From Eledone cirrhosa (Eukaryota): 64,000 nt of DNA. Location of the stretch: assembly GCA_964016885.1 (NCBI GenBank), contig OZ024741.1, positions 232,438,001 through 232,502,000 of the forward strand, given 5' to 3'. A model generated the notes under the pieces. It did not search any database. It was given only the letters and a program-made list of their open reading frames with translations, and had not been told where the DNA came from. Below, one piece after another: positions 51,610 to 64,000 of the stretch (within the stretch, counting starts at the first letter, position 1; the number at the start of each line of letters is the position of its first letter). The position numbers and the translations under genes were made by a program.

Positions 51610-54600
51610 TTGTACTCGGGGACAGCACTTATCTCTCCACCCTCACCTTCCTTTCCGGGTGAAACTTGAAGACCTTGATGAGGGATTGGGCGAAGAGAAA
51701 AATGTCTTTCTTCAGTCCTTTCAATCTGGTCCACCATATAACCTATTTTGCAACGGCCACCAGCCAAAGGAAAATTGCCTGCTCTTCCTGGCCAAAGGAA
51801 GGCGGCGTGTCGATCTTCACTATGGACTCAGTGGATAGGCGGATCCGTTCTACACGCGACAGTAGCTGTTCGATATAACTCCACAAGTCAGTAATGCAGG
51901 GTCATTGGACAAGTGTGTGCAGAACGGTTTCGTCGTTCTGTGCGCATCTCGGGCAGGTCCATCTGACATCACTTCCATGCCCGTAGAGTGTATTCCAAAC
52001 TGGCAGTGCCCCCCTGTAACACTGCCAAGCGAGGGATTTCTGGAAATTGTCCATCGTCCCCGGCTCGAAAGTACTCCGGAACAGACTGATCAGTTCGTCG
52101 AGGCCCAAAGCTTCTCCGAGTGCGTCATCGCACTGGCCCACCAGTAATCCTCTATAGAACTCGAGAGTGGAAGTTACACTAATCGCATTGCGCTCTAGGT
52201 AGAGGGTAGTGAGTTACTGGTAACATTCCAGGTGCCAGTCACCCAGTATTGGTCTCTTCTTGACCCAGGACTGCAGCTCAGTCAAAGAAACGAGCTGGGA
52301 AAGGCCCGTCTGATAAACGGCGACCACACCTGTTCATCGTTTAGGCAGAATATCTGGAGATACCGCGGCCTCAGCGCATGTCTGCGCATCATTAGCCACG
52401 GCATGTTCAACCCTCCGCGTAGAGGGTGCTGGCAGCAGATGGATAGCCTCACCAACGGGATTTGTCCTCTCCACAAGAATTTGAAGTGGAGCCGTTCCAG
52501 CTAGGCGAGGCGCGGACGTGGGGAAGGTACGACGGTCAGGAGGTAGTAGATGACGGACGCGATATATGCATTCGCCGCCACCACGCGACCTATCAGTGAT
52601 AGCTTTCTCGCAGTCCATTTTTTGTGAGACTGGTTACCCTGCTCGTTACCTCGTCCCAATTCATTTCCACCTGGAGGTCTGGTCCGAACCGAACCCGGAG
52701 CAACTTTACCGGTCCGTCTGTCCAGCGCCCCACGACGCTGTTGGACGGCATGGACTTGCCTCTCCAGGTGCCGAGCTGCAAGCCCACCGACTTTTCCGGG
52801 TTAAGTTTGGCTCCTATCAATCTTTCATATTCCTTCAATAAGGTGCCGACCACCTCGACTTCCGAAGTGTCCGACACCATCACGGTGATGTCGTCCGTAT
52901 AAGCCGACACAGCCTTTCTACGTCCCTGTTCGAGCGGGATGCCCTGCAACAGCTCCAGTCAATACGTACATAATGGAAGAGCGAAAGCACCCTTGATCGA
53001 CAGATCGGGGGGAGCCAAAACGGTTCCGAGAGGTGGCCATTAACCTTCACCACCGGGCAGGTGCCGCTGTACATTGCAGCGATCCAGCTTGTGAAGACAG
53101 GGCCGAAGCCAGCTGCGTTGAGGACAGCCTCCAGATACCGATGGTCGACCCTATCGAGTGGTTTCGATTGATCTAAATTGATCAGTGCCCCACCGAAGCC
53201 AGGTTTACACCTACCCTCTCTATGATGTATAGTATGAGGTGGAGGTTGTCGTGTATGGACCTGGCTGGAATTACGCAATTTGGCGCCTCCCCAACTAAAT
53301 TTTCGAAGACAATCGCCATTCTCTTTGCTAACACATTGGCCAAACTCTTAAGCTCTGTGTTGAGCAGAGGTATGAACCTGAAGTTTTCTAATGCATTGTT
53401 CTTGTTCTCGTCAACACTCCCCTGCTCACAGAACTCTCATTCTGCTGCCAGTTGCAGTAGAGCGCTTCGAGGAGATCGGAGAACAAGTCTGGCATATTTA
53501 CGTAAAGCTAGCATGGCAGGCAATCCAAACTGTGTGACTTGCGCCTCATGTAGCCGACAAGGGCGTCCTGAATTTCGGCTGAAGTAATCGGCCTTTCGCA
53601 GCGCTCAGCGTCGACCGTTGAGATTCGCGGCAGGCTGTCAAGGTAGGGACTGAAGTTCGTTAGTGTCTCTGACCTAGCAATCTCCCCGAACCTCCGAGCA
53701 AAGTGCTGGCGAAAGGCCTTACACATCCACTTGGAATCGCTTATCTCGTGTCCACCTCGGTCCGCCATAGACCCAATAATGGTTTTATTAGCACGCTGCG
53801 CCTCCTCCACGTGGGCCCATCGAACAGCTTTGATTCCCTCGTTTCTCAGTGCATGCTCCTTAGCTCTGAGAATGCAACCTTCGTGTTTCGCATTGAAGAA
53901 ATGATCTAATGCCATTCTCGCCGCTAGCACGTCCGTTGATTGCCACATCAAATAGCCTCGTCTGACTTGTCTACTAGCTCCCCCGCATTTCTATTTTTTT
54001 CTAACGCTACTTCTTTGCTAAACCCTATCGACATTACCCTAATCTCTCTTTTGAGAGCCCCCCACCATCTGTTGTTGACGACCCCCCTGTCAACCTTTGC
54101 TTAACTAAATTGTTGACTCGGTCCCTGCAAGCCTTACGTACCGCAAATGACATGTTAAACTTCCAGTAAAGAGGTCCTAACCTACGCGTCTTATCTAGGT
54201 CGACTATACAGATAACAAATTTGCGCTCTGAATAGGCGACCGTTTTAAAATGTTGGCAGCCTGCACTATTTCTATCTATTTTCCTAATGAAGGTCCTGTC
54301 TATATACGATCTAGATGACCATATGCCGTTGGTCCACGTCCATAGTAGCGCATTGGCAAAATCTAGTCGGTACCTGTCAGACAGTTGGAATTGGCTGATT
54401 AAGTACATGAGGCTTTTGCACCCCTGCTCCTGTCAGCTACTCCCACACAATCCCAGCGTGTGTCTAAGATGCCGTTCCAGTCCCCCGCTAACATTAAAGG
54501 GCGAGACGTACTCAGAAAGGTTTCCAGGCGCGTAAATAGGTCCTGTCATCCGGCCCGCAGTCTAAAGGCACCACCTTCGCTATTGATCACATCCAGGACC

Positions 54601-56740
54601 ACCAGCTTACCATCAGGATCCTGGAAGATCGACCTTAACTCGAGATCCAGGCCTTTCCTAAATAGTACTGCTAACCCCACCTACCATTCCCGGCCTGCTA
54701 ACAGATGCGAAAAGCTGATAGTCGTCGATAATGGGGAGATAGTGCGCGCGTGTCGGAAATCCTGATCTCGCTGACGGCAATCATATCCATTTCCAGAGAC
54801 CTGAGGTCGTTGAGCAGGCCATCCTGCTTCCAAAGTGACCCCAGGCAACGAACATTTAAACCTCCTACTCTTAATATGGCCATGTGGGCAAGCTAAAAGA
54901 GGGGTGGAAGGTTTACTTACCTCCCGGGTCTTGTGAAGGTGGGGCGGTTCGACCTCCATAGTTGGTGGGGTTTCTTTTGGGAACCCCTTTAAAAGTCTCG
55001 ATGTGTGTTTCACGTTCGGGATTCCCACGTCTTGAGGAAAGTTCTCTCGAATTTCTTTGTAGGTATCGAGCGACATTCGCACAAGAATCAAATCTTCTGA
55101 CGCGCAAAATGTGCTCAATTCAAAGACCTCCCCCTCTGTTTGAATATACTCGCCTCGTGCTAAGAGGGCAATCAATTTCTCGTTGGCCCTTCTGACAAGC
55201 ACGAAGTTTTTAATGTTTTGTTCGTGTGGTTTTATTTGTTTTCGTTTTGGTGGCTGCGGTGGTGATGGTTTTGGTGGTGTTGTTTCGGGTATGTCTGTGT
55301 TTGTTGTAGGTGTGGTGTTGCCATTTTCGGGTGTCTGTGTGTATATTTGTTCTTGTGTTAGTTTAGGTTGTTTGCGTTTCGGGGATTGTGGGGTGGTGTT
55401 GATGTTGATGTTATTGGGGAAGTGTTTGCGTTAGTGGTGTCTGTATTTTTTGTTGTGTATGCTTTTGTGTTTTGTCGGGGCTTTTTTATGAGTTTTCTCT
55501 TTTTGGGGGCACTTTTGGGTTTTCCTTCATCTTCACTGCTGGAAGACAAAGGGTCTGTGGCTGTGAGTGTGTCTGGGTCGGTGTGTGCGTTTATGGTTTT
55601 GTCTATGTGTATAAATGGAGGGGTAAGGGAGTGGGAGAGCTTTCCTCGTTTTCCCCTTGGGTTGGTTTCGGTGCTGGCGGTGGTCTGGCTGTTTTTGATT
55701 TTGGTGGGTTTACCTGTGTCATTGTTGGTGTTGTTTTTGGTGGTTGTGGTGCAGTTTTCCGTGCTGACACTGGCGTTGGCAACAAAGAAGGTTTGCGACC
55801 CCCTGCATGTTTTAGCTGAGGGCAGAAGGCTTGCAGTTACGTTGGCTCCCCGCAGAGGAAGCAGTGCGGCCTTCTATCCACAGTGATTAATTGGATTGTT
55901 GTTCCGTCCTGCAGGCGGGCAAAATCCGGGATATTGTTGATGTCCTCTGGTTTAATTTGGAGAAGAATCTCCAAATCCATTCTGGACCAGTCTTCCTTCT
56001 CTATCTTTTTGGTATCTAGGAGAGTAGTGTATGTTCCCTCCTCGATTACGCATCACAGGAGCCACTATAATTTCTTCCCTGGTGGGATCCTAGGAATTCG
56101 GACCTTTACTGTCCTTTTGCTCATGTACGACGGGTGCATTATAATACGTTCCGTTTTTCAGGGGCTCACCGAGTGCTTAATAGCAAGGGCCTCGGTTTTG
56201 AACAGTACCAAGATGGTACCGATCTGCTTGGTCCTTGCTTTGTACTCGATGTCACTTCCCATGCACTTTAAAGCAGCCTCGACTTCTGCTTGGCTGGCGA
56301 GTTTCACGCTGCGTGTCTGTACTGAAATGCATCGAAAGTACACCGTCCTCCTTTGCATGGCTGCTATTGCCTTGTGCGAGATGGTTAGGTTGGTCCAGGA
56401 CTTCTCTCGTTTAATTATCCTCAACGCCTGGGTCAACTGTTGTTCTTTATCGCTGATATCTACATTGAAGAAGCACTTTGTTTTCGCTGCGGCCACTGCA
56501 AAGGTGGCGCCTCCGTTGTTCTTGTTGTTGGTCTTGTTGTTCTTGCTGTTTTTGTTGTTGGTTTTGTTCTTGTTCTTGTTGTTTTGTTTGTTGGTGCTGT
56601 TGCTATCGTTATTAGTGTTTATATTGAGGCTGTTGATGTTATTGTCGTTGTTTTCCTGGGTTGTTGTTGTGGTGGTGGTGATGTCGTTTTGAGATGGCAC
56701 TGGTATTATCACAGATGGGACCGGTTGTGATGGCAACTTT
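51610..56740 (-). mobile_element. Tx1/L1-type LINE, near-full-length relic
   Basis: N-rich ORF1 (56158-56736); GGLNVRCL; IAVSE; SYIDR; DQSKPLDRVDHRYL; AYTDDIT; CPRC...ETVLH. Confidence 0.9.
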
Positions 56741-57744
56741 TATGTTTTGCCTTCACATTCAGTGGAATGGATGACAGGCATGTCTGTAGTAGTAGTAGTT
56801 GTGGTGATATCTAGAGGGGCTGTTTTTGAACTTTTGACCTGTACATTGTTTACCGTTTCAAGGTCGAAAGATTCCATATTTTGGGGCGGGAGAAGCGATA
56901 TTTTCGAAGTTTTTTAAAATAAATCTCAATATTCGGGCTTAAAGCCCGAATATTGAGAGGTCTCCCATCATTGGAACCAAGGTGGCTACCTAATGCTTCA
57001 TTATCGACAAGAAAATAAAAGATGATACTTTAAAACAGCTTAAAATTACGAACCTTTTCTCCCGCAGACTTGTAACGTCTTCACATATGTGCATCCAGTA
57101 TCTCAAATTTTACCAAATTTTTTTCTAATATTAAGGAAGGATATCAACATGTATGTTAAGTATAAGTAACGAACCGCAAAGCTACTGAACAGAACAAATG
57201 AAAAAAATAACTAACAAAAATATTAGATCAAATAAACACTAGATTGTATTGGCTACAAAATTTAAACACACCAACAGCAACAACAACGTCATCACTACAG
57301 TACATCTACCCGATCACCACCGCCAACACTACTCCATCGCCGCCACCACTCCATCATTACCACCACCACTAATCCCCCACCACTTTCTGTTAACTTAAGA
57401 AAAGACGACGCAAATTTGCTGAGAAGTGGGAAGGTAGCAGTAACACTAGACAAGACTAGAAAGGAGGAATCTTCGAAAAAATATAAATAGACTGAGTTAG
57501 TGACCCGGTCAAAATGAAATTTTGAAGATCTCATCATTAACAGATACAATGATACCCAAGTCCCCCACCGACAATAGAACTCCACCTCCTCCCTCCGGAA
57601 AAATACCCAGCACCACCGGCATAACCAACAGCAACAAAGGCAACTTCAACATTGGCCACAAGTATATAATAATAATAATTTCTTTATTAGCCACAGAGGG
57701 TTCACATTAAGGAATCATTCATAATAATAACAACTAAAAAAAAT

Positions 57745-60700
57745 CCGTGATCAGGAAATACCGGGATGGCGGCCGGCAGGGAATAGCTGTGTCTCAAGTG
57801 GAGGACGACCCCTCTAGTCTTGGTTGACACTCGTCCTAGGAATGGTAACTCGAAATGATTACCCCTTGGCGGTTAAGGATAAAAAGCAACAAAATAAATC
57901 CATAAATCCAATGTCAAATGATAAAAACTCATACCGGATAGGCCGTCAACCGCGTCAACAAGGGCCGGGTCCCTAAGAGAGGAGCCAGACTGGGGTCGAA
58001 AAATCAGCTAATGGTTCAAACCTTCCAATCAATTCGGGGCAGAGGACCTCCCATAACCTGCATAATCCTACTGATGGCTCTCCATGGTCACCACCAAAGA
58101 AGAAGAGAGAAAATGGTCAAGGGAAGACAATAACATTGTCCTTGGGGCTTTCTACACTGCCATGTACTGCCCATCAAATAGATCGAATACAGAACAAACA
58201 TATATCAACTTGAAAAAGAAACGTCCTAAAAATAGAGATTATATTGACAGTAATAAATTAGCTAATATACGAAGAAATATTGTTAAGAAGAACTTACTAA
58301 CTGACATAGAAATTGATCGGATCATCAATTAGCGCAAAGTCATTGAAGAGAGAATGAAACATGTGTCAGTGAAAACGAAATAAATTGTAACACCTTAAAT
58401 CCCAGGGTCGGGGCGGACGGGATGAATCCGAAAATTAAAACAATGAGATCATCAATGATAAAGAGATGAATGTGAATGAACTCACCAACTTAAGATCGAA
58501 TGGATGAAAATCAAAGAATTTGACATGGATGCAGAACTCCCTAAGATGCAGAACTCCAAACGAAACCAGAGGATAATATGCAAGACTCGCATAGCTCTCA
58601 AAGACATTATCACCATAAATAAGCTAAACATTACTGATCTAAATCATCTCTATTATGCATCGACTAAAGTCACCACTCACCTTATGTGGAGTGAAAATAA
58701 AAAAACAAAAGAATGCCCACAAAATCCCTACTTGACAACAGAACATCAATCGCCAAATAAACCTTCTTCGATCTGACAGAAATTTTAGCAAACTACAAAG
58801 TGGGTGAACATGTTAAACAAACTTAACTTAGACAATTGAAAAGAAACTACGGTATAAAATCAACAAGTGATATTTACATGCTGATAGAAATAATCAAGCA
58901 AAAAGTGTCGGCCAGCGCTGCTCGTATAAGGCGCTTTGAAAAAGATTCTAGATTCTATAAGGAGAATAAGATGTTCAAAAACAACCAAAACAACTTCTAT
59001 ACAAAGATTGGCAAGTCAACAATAACTGCTAAATCAATATCATCCAAGGAGGAAGTGCAACCATTCTGGAAAAAGATCTAGTCCGAAGAAAAAGTTCATA
59101 ATATACATGCTCCATGGAGAGAGAGACAAATGAAGATACAGTTCACCTTGAGAAACAAACATGGGAAAATATAACAGTTGAACATCTGCGGTTAGCTCTT
59201 AGAAAATCCAGCAAATGGAAATCCCCAGTGAAAGAAAAATACCAAATATTTGGATCAATGCCTTCACAAAGTCTCACGAGCAGTTAGCCCAAGTTTACAG
59301 TGAAACGGTAAAGATGCCATCATGGCTAGTTAAAAGGATTCATCATTTGTCTCATCATTCATACTTCCGAAGAATGATGAGAAAAATAATCAAAAAAATT
59401 ACAAACCGATAACTTGCTTGTCCACAATGTATAAAATCTTAATATCAATCCTCATTGAATAGACATGATCCTGAAAACAAATGATCAATTTTCCAATGAG
59501 GAGAAAGGATGTAAACGAGGCTCTCGGCTGTAAGGATCAACTTTTGATTAACAAAATGATACGGGAAGATTGTCATAATAGACACAAAAACCTATCAATT
59601 GCTTGGATAGATTACACAAAAGCATTTGATAGTTTGCCACACAGCTGGATTGAAAAGTGTTTAGAGATTTTCAAAATAGCTTCCGTTGTCAGGAGGTTCC
59701 TGTAATTTAGTATGAAGGCATGTAAGACAATACTCCTTTTGAACAGGGGAAAAAATCACTGGAAGCTGGAGAAGATAATATTAATTGTGGAATTATAAGG
59801 GGTGACTCATTATCACCGCTTTTATTCTGCATCGCAATTATACCATTAAGTAAAATGCTCAATAAAACAAACCATGGATATACTGTCTACGGCAAAGCAC
59901 TTAATCACTGGTTCTACATAGATGATCTGAAACTATTTGCAGAAAATTATGAGCAATTACAAGAGCTATTATCCACTGTGAAGCAGTTCAGTGATGATAT
60001 TAAAATGGAGTTTGGACGAGATAAATGCACCAAAGCCACGTTTACCAGAAGAAAGTTGCTGAGAAGTTCAGAGGAATGTAATCGGAGGAATGTGATAAGA
60101 GAACTTGATCAAGAAGAAACTTATAAATATCTAGGCGTTTGTAAAGGAGGTGGAATCAAGCACTCGACAATGAGGGAGAGGATAAGGAAGGAATGTTTCT
60201 GAAGATTAAGAGCAAACTTAAAAACTGAGTTAAATGCAAGGAATAGGATCGATGCCATAAACACACTTTTCATACCAGTAGTAACCTACACTTTCAATGT
60301 CATCAACTGCTCAAACACAGAGAGCCATAGGCTTGATACGAAAACTAGAAAATTATTAACCATGCACAGAATGCATCACCCTAAGGCAGATAAAGATAGA
60401 ATACATCTCCCTAGGAAAGAAGGAGGACGTGGATTAATCCAGTTAGATATTGCTTTGAAAACTGCAGCACTTGGATTATCTACATATCTAAGGGAAGCAC
60501 ATGATTGGATGATCAAACTCGTTTTGAAATATGAAAGGATCAAAAGATCATACTCCATTACAAAAGATGCACAAAGATACAGTAATGAACTATAACTTTC
60601 AGAAGTTCCCTTTACAGCTGAAATGAAAAATATAGGAAAAGCAAAGCAGGTAAAAGTAATTGCAAAGAAAGAACTACTACAGAAACTGGATAAGAAATGG

Positions 60701-61298
60701 CAAGAAAAGCCTCCGTATTGAAAATACCCAGAAAGAGCTAACAGTCTTGATGCTGACAAAGCTTTAACCCATCAGTTAATAGCATCCTCTGGACTGAAAT
60801 CGGAGACTGAAGGACTGATTATATCAGCACAAGATCAGTGTCTGCCAACAAAAGATTATCAAGCCAACACCTTAAACAATGGATGCAACCCATTATGGCG
60901 TGTATGTAAAAAAAACAACGAGAGACCATTGATCATATAATCTCAATGTGCAGTCCTATAGCTCCAACCGAATACTTAAACAGGCACGACAGAGCTGCAC
61001 AATACATCCATTGGGTAATATGTAAGCATTTTAACCTGCCCCATCAAACGAATTGTGAGAGCATCAACCACCTCCCATACATGAAAAAGCTTACATTTCA
61101 ATTTTGTGGAACTTTAGCACCCAAACAGACCGATAAATATATGCAAATAGATTTGATATAATACTGAAGGATTTTAAAAAGAGGGTATGGCTGCTAATTG
61201 ACATGTCCGTTCCAATAGACAAGAATGTAGCTATAAAAACATTTGAAAAATTGAACAAGTATAAAGACCTGGAGATGGAGATTGGAAAAATATGGAAG
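57745..61298 (+). mobile_element. R4/Dong-type LINE with its 5' end present, 3'-truncated in the RLE; inserted next to (TAA)n
   Basis: RKWSREDN; GCKDQLLIN; AWIDYTKAFDSLPHSW; YIDDLKLF; YKYLG; HLPRKEGGRGL; RHDRAAQYIHW; LIDMSVP. ATAATAATAA lies just upstream. Confidence 0.9.
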
Positions 61299-61760
61299 TG
61301 AGATGTGGTAGGCAATCGAGGAAGGAACTCAAATCTGCTATGGTCTCGTTTCCCACACCCTCCCGGAACAGTCGATCAAAGTGTTGGTGAAAGGCCGCAC
61401 ATATCTTCCTGGAAACGTTTAGCATGAGTTCGTTTTGGTCCATCAAAGACCAAATCGTGGATTTATTACCTAGCTGCACCTCCACCACACGAACCCATCG
61501 AACAGCTTTCGTTCACTCGTTTCTCAGAACAATCGCCTTAGCTATGACAATGCAACATTCATGTTTCGCTCTGAAGGAAAGATCTAATGCCATTCTCAGC
61601 GTTATTACGTCAGTTACAATACCACTACAAATAGTTCGTCTAATTTAACTAAAAACACCCTCTACTTTCTATGGTTTTCTCACGGTACTTCTTTACTAAA
61701 GCCTATCGACATTACTCTAATCTCCTTTTTGAGAGTCCCCCCACTACCTGTTGTTGTTAA
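61299..61760 (-). mobile_element. Tx1-type fragment fused to the Dong copy
   Basis: GNKSTIWSL.D...KICAAFHQHFDRLF. Confidence 0.8.
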
Positions 61761-61799
61761 TATATCTGTGGTCAAGACATACAAGAAGGATGAGAGGGG

Positions 61800-63620
61800 A
61801 CAGCCCTGGTGGACGGTACGTATGATGTTGAACGGTTCCTAGAGGTGACCGTTCAATCTGACCAGAGAGCAGTTTTTACTATGCATAGCAGTTATCCATC
61901 GTCTGAAACCCGGCCCAATATATGCTGGTTTGAGGATCCCACAAGCTACTGATGGTCGACCCTATCAAATGTTTTGGATTATTCCAAGTTTTTTAGTGCC
62001 CCACCCGTGTCAGGTTCTTTAGCCACTCTCTCTATGATGCATCACTTGAGATGGAGGTTGGCGTTGATGGTTGTCTTGGGAATAGCACTAGCCTCCCCTA
62101 CGAGACCAGCAACGATAAGCGCCAACCTCGATAAAAACACCTTGGCCAAAATTTTGAACTCTGCAATTAGCAGTTATGGCCATCAAATTATTTATAGTGT
62201 CTCCCTTTTCAGGTCTTATATCAGCAGCGCCACCAATCCCGGCTCGAGGAACTGGGGATTCTCCCGTTTTACTGCCAGTTGCAGTAGACGCCAGGCATAT
62301 AAGCATAAACTCGTAGGGAAGACCATCTAATCCCGACGATTTGCCCCACGTGCAGTCAGTTAATGTATCCTGTATCTCAACAGTTATTATTGGCTTGTCG
62401 CAATACTCTGCCTCTGTCACCGACAGCCGCGGCAGTCCGTCTCACAATATGGTCTGCCACCGCTCCCGAACATCCGGGCAAAGAAAATTCGCATGCATTT
62501 GCTTGGGATCGCGTGTCATGCGCCCGTCGTATTGTTCCGGAGATCGAATTGTGGGTTTGTTGCCACGCCGCGCCTCTGCTACACGGGCCCATTAATCGGC
62601 TTACATCCCGTCATATCTAAGAGTAAGCGCCTTAGCTCTGATCACGTAGCCATCGTGCTTAGCATTGAAGAATTGGTCTTACCGCAAACGCGATGTCTTT
62701 GTTAATTGCCTCTTCTAGTTTCTTTCACTAGTTCCCTGTCTACTCTAGTTTTCTCTATTGCCACAACTTTGCTAAATTATATTGATTCTACTTTAATTGC
62801 CCTTTTCAGGGCATACCACTGCTTGTTGTTGACGATTGTCCCTGTCAACGTCTGCTTGACTAATTCACTAATCTGGTTTTGTAGGCTTTGCGCATTGGGA
62901 ATGCGGCGTTCAGCTTCCAGTAACCGGTTCCTTGCCTATGGATCCTATCTAGTTCTAATACACATGTCACAAATTTGAGGTCTGTGTATTCATCTGTTTG
63001 AAATTGTGGATGACTTATGCTATCATTATCTACTTCCCAACAGAATATTCTATCTAGATAGGATCTGGAACCCGATGCGGTTTATCCATGTCCAAACTGG
63101 CACATTCGGAAAATCCAGTCGGTATCTCTCAGACAGTTGAAAGTGTTTGAGCATATTTGTGAGGCTTTTACATCCTCTTCCCCTATCTGTTATTCCCACA
63201 CAGTCACAGCATGCATCGAAATACCGTTTCCAGCTCCCACTAAAGAACGGGACGCTCCTAGAAATGTCTCAAGGCGTCTGAAGAAATCAAGCCGCTCAGC
63301 CCCTGTCGGGCCATAGGCAGTCTCTAAACTGAAAGCATAGCCTTCGCTGCTGGTCATGTCCAGCACCACTAACTGACCTTCTGTATCCAGGAAGATGGTC
63401 TGTATTGCAAGATCCATGCCTTTCCTAAATAGTACAGCGACTCCATCTCCAGATCTGAGACGGCTTGGAGATGCGTACACCTCGTAGCCGCCGAAGATGG
63501 TTGCAAAATGTCATGCGTTGGAAATTCTGCTCTCACTGATGGCCACTACATCTTTGTTTAGTGACCTGAGATCATTGAGAAGGTGGCACTTCTTCCAAGA
63601 TGATCCACAACTGATTTCCA
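61800..63620 (-). mobile_element. Tx1/L1-type LINE relic (APE to N-terminal RT)
   Basis: GVAVLFRKG; AYGPTG; SYLDRIF; GKSSGLDGLPYE. Confidence 0.85.
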
Positions 63621-64000
63621 CCAATAAATTATTCAGAGAATCACATAACGCACACAACCAACTGAACCTACCTAATCCTCTAACAAAACAGCTACTAAAC
63701 CGATAATTTAAATATTCACTAAACTAACCAACTAACCTGTCACCAAAATCACCCATCAAAGTAACTATTAAATTACCCATCAGATGTCACAACTAACACC
63801 ACATTGAACCATAAACCATTGCATCCACCAAACCACTAAAAAAATGACACCACACCAAATCACCAACAAAATCTCACGATGTATACAATTTTCTTTCTTT
63901 CTTTTAGTAAATATTGCCAAGGGTAGACCTACGAGTCAAACCTCTATCTTTTGTAACAATTCATTAATAACGTTTATCTCTACCGGTGAATGTAAGCCAA

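Noticed and set aside
55883-56692. 269-aa ORF with a hydrophobic, membrane-like C-terminus (similar ORFs at 32450-32912)
   Set aside because: Antisense shadow of the Asn-rich Tx1 ORF1.

Overview
AT-rich eukaryotic (animal) genomic DNA made almost entirely of decayed transposable elements and (TA)n/(CA)n/(GA)n/(GATA)n microsatellites. No intact protein-coding gene, rRNA, tRNA gene or CRISPR array is visible. The tRNA-derived SINE, the RTE tails ending GACGTTAAACGATGATGATG and the repeat mix suggest an octopus/cephalopod or other mollusc genome (inference). Elements seen: RTE-type, CR1-type, Tx1/L1-type and R4/Dong-type LINE relics; Penelope-like element (PLE) fragments; a non-coding LTR retroelement with 538-bp LTRs nested in an RTE; and about nine SINE copies. 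Three spliceable phase-1 exons on the + strand (a signal-peptide-like exon and two EGF-like exons, one with two TAA stops) suggest a dead or degenerate secreted EGF-repeat gene whose introns hold many of the repeats. The most striking hidden signal is more than a dozen type I hammerhead-ribozyme-like motifs from several distinct repeat families. They include canonical cores, a U3-A8 covariant core and extra-purine cores. Many lie in long fold-back or tandem repeats embedded in (TA)n. All folds and homologies were read by eye; no search or folding program was run, and most element boundaries are approximate.
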